Source of the DNA: a virus
IMG/VR virus record: IMGVR_UViG_3300031746_000002
Coordinates: 74,901 to 138,900 of that record
Reading direction: 5' to 3' (one strand)
DNA length: 64,000 nucleotides
Shown here: one piece after another, positions 59,801 through 64,000 of the stretch
Numbering within the stretch: position 1 is the stretch's first letter
Layout: every line of letters begins with the position of its first letter
The notes under the pieces: generated by a model
Told to the model about the DNA's origin: nothing
Databases searched by the model: none
The model's input: only the letters and a program-made list of their open reading frames with translations
Made by a program: the position numbers and the translations under genes

Positions 59801-60530
59801 AATCAGCGGGGATTATCAAGGAAAAGCAGGTACAGTTATAAGATATGAAGATGATTATGTATTAGTTAGGACAGAAGAAAAAGAAATAAAATGTCAGCCA
59901 GAAACATTGAAAAAATTATCTTCATTAAATAAACAAGCAAAAGTTACCATTGAAGAAACAGTAGTTGATTTAGACCCATTAGAAGCAAGGATATATAATG
60001 ATTTAATACTTAAAAGCAAAGTATCTCCAAAGAAAGCACTTGAGATAATGTGGAATACTCTTGAAGGAGACTATACACAACTCAGCCCAGCACTATTAAA
60101 ATATGTTCAAGATCATTTAGAAAAGAAAAGTTGGTTAAACAAAAAAGCAGCAGATCGAAAAGAACTTAGCGATACTGTATATGATGATAGTGATTTTGAT
60201 GGGGATTTCAAAATTAATGAAGATAATTATGTAATTGAAATTTTAGAAAAATTATTTGATAAAGACTATTATAAAGAAATAGAAGCTACTGAAAATATAC
60301 CAACTAAAGAAATGCAATCAATAATAGATGACATTGTAGATTATTATGAAGAAATTTCAGATATTGTAACTGATTTTGATAACTGGGAAGATAATATAAT
60401 AGATGGATATGTTGAAAGTAGTTCTTTACGAGACTCAGCTGATAATGAGATTTATGATATTCAAAAGAGTATTCTCCCATTAGAGAAGAAATTAGTAACT
60501 ATGATTTATGATTTCGTAGAAAAGAAATAA
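56871..60530 (+). CDS. Modular polyprotein containing AAA+ ATPase, YodL-like and SH3/KOW modules
   Basis: GQPGTGKT, AFEDID, STN, DRPGRFD; HTSMSVGD; linkers LLKKEA, GSLNKQS, ASLERKA, SSLNKQA, SWLNKKA. Confidence 0.8.
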   Translation: MENNFITCQNCQKQVDLNITPEIAMGATRCPHCNSVFDNNGSIIKIATQPSFKEGDRVMDIRDSSIGTVKNIQLPFEFGSAQYNVKFDNEMKNDVDEKYLRLIKGGQVNSWLSKKIESKLQGIGVIAKRVPPLREWRERKHDFITVYHPDRYMTFKEFVTNNWDIYGFDFDIDKQVIWPLKGTSTEKLVKDLKEDGIDTKVMTMSYEDMFGDYYRLFKIPVPQRASLPTIAVEKALEKKFIQVLDDGTEADFPIDNIADKFRPLVDEMKIGELMSLGPLKIKRIAETKALLKKEAVDVKTLEGRKFKDRNSGEILTFQYEHRHPITRDIVNIVFEDKDGVEVALRSWDEVDIQPLETKKGSLNKQSDLGGISNSVLVVIEDNKEFSPEGIEHWAKEENINIDELNRTLAYLLETQMINKKDNIYSITAQGKQYLKDTGFIKNVASLERKAALENLAVVSRKFSGLLVGIAQYALTNLLNEEDPQIKTASASYNSQVSLMDIHTDVNKITPVISSVTATYKNMIIEAALNYGDFTISCYAPTRDEAHEWIEKLETKMLNENQYRGKCLYAENGNISFHQVPEVVWDDIILDANIKSDIRMNTIAFLGDKRLADTGVFKRGIVMYGQPGTGKTSVVKAIFNELNEKGVSRVYVTSESFRQMSASSLFSLLPYLGKAVIAFEDIDMIGTSRDIMSMSGNGILGDLLTNLDGMRNYNEQIVILASTNKMSMLDEALADRPGRFDRKVEITLPTKENLTALYKKFSGLTVSSDIINLSEGFTGSHVVETVNTAKILAAHDNKKIDDCMIEACNIIRDNFFVGQKQSQIKTAALHKIGIVERGEQYKSLNDADKIDPIFIPGNTEIWYAKSISTANRMYDEEKMPFSKETFKDTHMLLGKVSSTDLDEIFQKMQGEYWSPRGEAFTMIGDSETDHTSMSVGDAIKIGDVISIVAPEGFKPLAELKKETKWLGFKFNPGDKVELISGDYQGKAGTVIRYEDDYVLVRTEEKEIKCQPETLKKLSSLNKQAKVTIEETVVDLDPLEARIYNDLILKSKVSPKKALEIMWNTLEGDYTQLSPALLKYVQDHLEKKSWLNKKAADRKELSDTVYDDSDFDGDFKINEDNYVIEILEKLFDKDYYKEIEATENIPTKEMQSIIDDIVDYYEEISDIVTDFDNWEDNIIDGYVESSSLRDSADNEIYDIQKSILPLEKKLVTMIYDFVEKK

Positions 60531-60541
60531 GGAGAAAGTTA

Positions 60542-60772
60542 ATGCGTGAAATAAAATCGCTTGAGTACAGAATTAAATTAATCCAGCGGTTACATGCAGA
60601 AAAATATCATATTGAAGTACTCAATGATATTGGTAATTATGAATATGTATTTTCTTGTAATAAAGTAAATGGTAAAGTTTTATCACATAGAATTCATATA
60701 ACGTATGATGAAATAGGGCTTCTTCCAGATAACATAATAGACCCAGTGCTTTATTTAATGCAGATAGTTTAA
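60542..60772 (+). CDS. Hypothetical protein
   Basis: AAGGAG SD. Confidence 0.55.
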   Translation: MREIKSLEYRIKLIQRLHAEKYHIEVLNDIGNYEYVFSCNKVNGKVLSHRIHITYDEIGLLPDNIIDPVLYLMQIV

Positions 60773-60809
60773 GAGATGTTAAAAATATTATATTGGGAGC
60801 GAAAGTGTA

Positions 60810-62126
60810 ATGTTAGAACGATTTAAAGAAGGATATAAAGGAATATTCGGAATTAATGACCATGAGTCAAAAAGACATCATTGGGACCTTCGATTGGAGG
60901 CTCCTAATGGTTCTTTGAAGGAATATAAAAAGAAACGAACAGAGGAGTCCCCAGAGCACCCTGGGACTGATACAAAGACTACTTTAGTTAGCTGGGCATT
61001 ACCAAAGCACCATTTACCAAAGGATAAAGAAAAATTGATGTTAGTATTAGTTGAAGATCATCCTGTTGAATATATTACAAAACAGAAGTACCCAATGGAA
61101 ATTCCTGCTGGATTATATGGTGCAGGTAGAATAGAACTTGAAGATGAAGGAACATATGAAGTTATTATGTCTTCAAAAGAATCTATGATAATTAAATTAA
61201 ATGGTAAGAAACATAAAGGAACATATAATATCATTAGTACTGGTGGGGATAAATTCCTAATTACAGAACATAAAGGAGATAGTAAAATGGAAAAGAAAAC
61301 TAGTTTAAAAGTTAATAGGATTGTAGATGACTCTGGTAAAGTGTTGTTTATTGCAGCTAATGATTATACAAGAAATACTTTTATAAATGTTTATAGCAAG
61401 ACTGTTATAAATGAAACAGAATGGTTAGATGCTATAGTTGGATTTCAAAAATCTTCTGATATAGAAAAAGGAAAAGCAAAAGTTATGAAATTTAATGAAC
61501 TTAAAATAGGTGATGAATTTTCTTTTGCTAGTGACACTTCAATGATTTATACATTAGACTATATCAGTGAAGGTACAGCTTATGTTACTACAAAAAAAGG
61601 AACTAAAACAACTACAGATAAACTTGATATTAAAAAACGTGCTGATGATAAGGTATTTAAAATCATAGCAGACATAGCTGTAAAGAAAAAAATAAAATAT
61701 TTTCAGCAAGAACCTTTGAAAACTATGGAAGATTATCCAGAGTTTCTAAAAACTATTAATCCAAGAATGCAAGCTGAATTAGAAACAATGGCAAACGGAT
61801 TATATAAAGAAGCTTCAGGTTTATGGAATTCAATTAAGACTATAGTTGATTTAATCAGTCCTTTTATAGGTTGGTTTGTAAAAAATCCGAAATTAAAGCA
61901 AGCTTATAATTTGCTTGTAGAAGTTATTCGTGAAAAACAAGCTATTTATGGTGATAATATTATAACTATAACAGCAGAAGAATATTTAAAGAAAAAATAT
62001 TCACATTATAATAAAGATTTATTTGAAGAGTTAGAATCATATTTACTTGATAAAGGACGGTCGTTTGACAGTTATACTGAAAATGATATAAAGGCAATAA
62101 TTTCTTGCAGAAAAATTAAGGATTGA
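60810..62126 (+). CDS. LigD-type 3'-phosphoesterase domain + additional modules
   Basis: HHWDLRLE, LVSWALPK, VEDHPVEY, IPAGLYGAG. Confidence 0.8.
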   Translation: MLERFKEGYKGIFGINDHESKRHHWDLRLEAPNGSLKEYKKKRTEESPEHPGTDTKTTLVSWALPKHHLPKDKEKLMLVLVEDHPVEYITKQKYPMEIPAGLYGAGRIELEDEGTYEVIMSSKESMIIKLNGKKHKGTYNIISTGGDKFLITEHKGDSKMEKKTSLKVNRIVDDSGKVLFIAANDYTRNTFINVYSKTVINETEWLDAIVGFQKSSDIEKGKAKVMKFNELKIGDEFSFASDTSMIYTLDYISEGTAYVTTKKGTKTTTDKLDIKKRADDKVFKIIADIAVKKKIKYFQQEPLKTMEDYPEFLKTINPRMQAELETMANGLYKEASGLWNSIKTIVDLISPFIGWFVKNPKLKQAYNLLVEVIREKQAIYGDNIITITAEEYLKKKYSHYNKDLFEELESYLLDKGRSFDSYTENDIKAIISCRKIKD

Positions 62127-62779
62127 TAATGCCAAAAGGAATTTATAAAAGAACTAAAAAACATAATGATAATATAAGTAAAGGACTTATGGGTAAAACT
62201 AAAGGAATAAAATTTACTAAAAAACATTGCAAAAGTTTAAGTAAAGCAAGACAGATATTATTAAAAAAACAAGGATATTTAAATTCACCAAAAACTATAA
62301 AAAAGCATATAAAATCAATTAAAATAACTAATGATAAAAAAAGAAAATTATATAATGGATATGCGCAACCACCAGAGCAAAGAGAAAAAATAAGTGCTAA
62401 TAATATTAAACGTGCTTTACACGGTCTTGGTAGTTGGGGATATAAAGGTGATTTCTTTTCTATGAAGAATAATTGTTTAATTCATTATACTTCATCTGGT
62501 GAGTATGGATTTTATATGGCATTGGAATATTTAGATGATGTAATAAAATATGAAGTACAACCATTTGGAATAAAATATTGGTTTAATAACAGCTTTCATC
62601 ATTACATGCCAGATGTTCTAGTTTATTTTAAAGACAGAACTAAACAATTAATAGAAATTAAACCAGCATTTTTATTAAAAGACAAACAAGTTATAGCTAA
62701 AGCAAAAGCAGCAATGGTGTATTGTAAACAAAATAATATGGAATATAAATTTTATACTGAAAATGGATTTATAAATTAA
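62123..62779 (+). CDS. Free-standing homing endonuclease (NUMOD3-like + TnsA-like)
   Basis: MPKGIYKRTK, FFSMKN, YMPDV...LIEIKP, KAKAA..YC..NNMEYKFYTE. Confidence 0.75.
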   Translation: MIMPKGIYKRTKKHNDNISKGLMGKTKGIKFTKKHCKSLSKARQILLKKQGYLNSPKTIKKHIKSIKITNDKKRKLYNGYAQPPEQREKISANNIKRALHGLGSWGYKGDFFSMKNNCLIHYTSSGEYGFYMALEYLDDVIKYEVQPFGIKYWFNNSFHHYMPDVLVYFKDRTKQLIEIKPAFLLKDKQVIAKAKAAMVYCKQNNMEYKFYTENGFIN

Positions 62780-62794
62780 AAAAGGAGATAAATT

Positions 62795-63421
62795 ATGAAA
62801 TGGATTAAAGAAAGTAAGACCCTGAATAAAATCGAGTCTAAGATTTCTAAAGAAAAACCAACATCAATACCACCAGTTGGACAAAAATGGGCTTGGAGTA
62901 ATGACGATCAAGAATGGATTTTAGTTACTGCTTCAATAGAAAATCATTTTAAAATAGGAGATCCTGTTTGTTTGCTAAATGAAAATGAAATAACAGGAAA
63001 AGTTGTTGGTATACATGGTGAATTTTTAAAAATTGACTTAGGGACTATTCCGCGTAAAATATCTAGATACCATTATTCAAAATTAATTTTAGCTGATGAT
63101 ATAGCAGAACTCCCAAAGAAAACTGTTGAAGATAAACAGGTATCATTTGCAGAATATATGCGAAAACGTGAAGCTGCTAGGAAGATACTTGCTATCATCC
63201 TTGATAAAATTAAATTCGTTGGGATTAAAAAAGAAACGCCAGTTACTACAGATAAAGAAAGTGACATGCAACCTGTGTTTAATATAAATGCATCTGTCAG
63301 AAAAAAAGGAACAATCTTGACTGGAAAAATAACAGATATTAAAAATGATAATTCAATTACTGTAAAATGGAATAATGGAAATGAAACTACAAATTGGCTT
63401 TTAGAACTCGAAAGAGTATAA
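62795..63421 (+). CDS. WL-like leader protein with SH3-like modules
   Basis: MKWIKES; FKIGDPV; G.IT.I.....VKW.NG. Confidence 0.6.
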   Translation: MKWIKESKTLNKIESKISKEKPTSIPPVGQKWAWSNDDQEWILVTASIENHFKIGDPVCLLNENEITGKVVGIHGEFLKIDLGTIPRKISRYHYSKLILADDIAELPKKTVEDKQVSFAEYMRKREAARKILAIILDKIKFVGIKKETPVTTDKESDMQPVFNINASVRKKGTILTGKITDIKNDNSITVKWNNGNETTNWLLELERV

Positions 63422-63438
63422 CTTAAAGGAGGCTTAAT

Positions 63439-64000
63439 ATGGCAGGCGAGAAGAAAATATTTCCGAGTGATGCAAGTTTACGTGGACCAGCAATTTTATT
63501 TGGACAAATAGGTGTTGAAGGTGAGGAAACATATTTGCCGATTAAAGTTTTAGAAAATGAGGATGGAACATGTACATTACAAACAAATATTACTATAGGT
63601 GAAGTTACTATTGGTGCTGTTAAAATAGAAGATGCCAACAGCAACAAAAAACTTGAAATCTTAGGCGACGGTGAAAATATTGCTGGTATTACAGGAGGAT
63701 TTCAAGGCATTACTATTATGGCATTAGATGTTGCTGGTAATAAAGTTTACTTTGCCAGAACAGAAACAATAGGTAGTAAATGGCGAATCTTAACTGATGC
63801 TACATTAAAAGATGGTGCTGGTAATGTATTGACATCAACATTAGTAGATACTAAACGAGCTCTTGATGTTAATATGGTAGCTGGTGATATTGAAATCGGT
63901 GCAGTAGAACTTAAAAATGCAGCCGATGATACAAGGGCTGTTATTAAAACTGATGGTACAGACAATGCTTTGGTTGTTATACAAAATAATGGTGCTAAAG
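63439..64000 (+). CDS. Putative structural protein (runs off the window)
   Basis: AGGAGG SD; open frame to the end; repeated IGAV.[IL] beta motif. Confidence 0.6.
   Translation, partial: MAGEKKIFPSDASLRGPAILFGQIGVEGEETYLPIKVLENEDGTCTLQTNITIGEVTIGAVKIEDANSNKKLEILGDGENIAGITGGFQGITIMALDVAGNKVYFARTETIGSKWRILTDATLKDGAGNVLTSTLVDTKRALDVNMVAGDIEIGAVELKNAADDTRAVIKTDGTDNALVVIQNNGAK

Noticed and set aside
1160-63965. Minus-strand ORFs in the track (e.g. 5579-6259, 57593-58276)
   Set aside because: Ser/Phe/Ile-rich antisense shadows of Lys/Glu-rich + strand genes, with no recognisable motifs
1-64000. CRISPR array or DGR template/variable repeats
   Set aside because: No regularly spaced identical repeats and no cas or reverse transcriptase gene seen; the linker repeats are degenerate, in frame and irregularly spaced
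1-64000. Stop-codon reassignment
   Set aside because: TerL, portal, LigA and MCP are full length under the standard code and coding density is high

Overview
AT-rich segment of a large tailed bacteriophage genome, with essentially all genes on the + strand and strong AGGAGG Shine-Dalgarno (SD) sites. It has three parts. (1) About 2-13.6 kb is a packaging block: candidate TerS, TerL with an HNH-bearing intein in Walker A, and portal. (2) About 13.7-38.2 kb is an accessory region of small genes: tRNA-Pro, NAD-dependent ligase, cold-shock protein, archease, an ACP-like and a ubiquitin-like protein, SLOG, SprT-like and HAD proteins, and two structured-RNA candidates, with repeated sigma70-type promoters. 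(3) About 38.3-64 kb is a head block: prohead protease-scaffold, decoration protein, major capsid protein (MCP), neck protein, then about 18 kb of modular proteins. The most striking signal is a short motif, (S/W)-L-x-K-x-A. It forms an N-terminal M-[KNE]-W-L leader on many genes. It also recurs dozens of times as the linker between unrelated 40-300 aa modules in proteins of up to 2100 aa, and sits near the N-termini of the portal, protease and MCP. I infer a capsid-targeted, protease-processed polyprotein cargo system, and the linker is also conserved at the codon level. Other highlights are free-standing copies of a portal segment and an MCP segment (possible decoys), an ACP lacking its phosphopantetheine Ser, a minimal prepilin-like peptide, a dnaX-like -1 frameshift candidate and three classes of repeated promoter-like motifs. 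All product calls come from manual motif recognition; no database searches were run.
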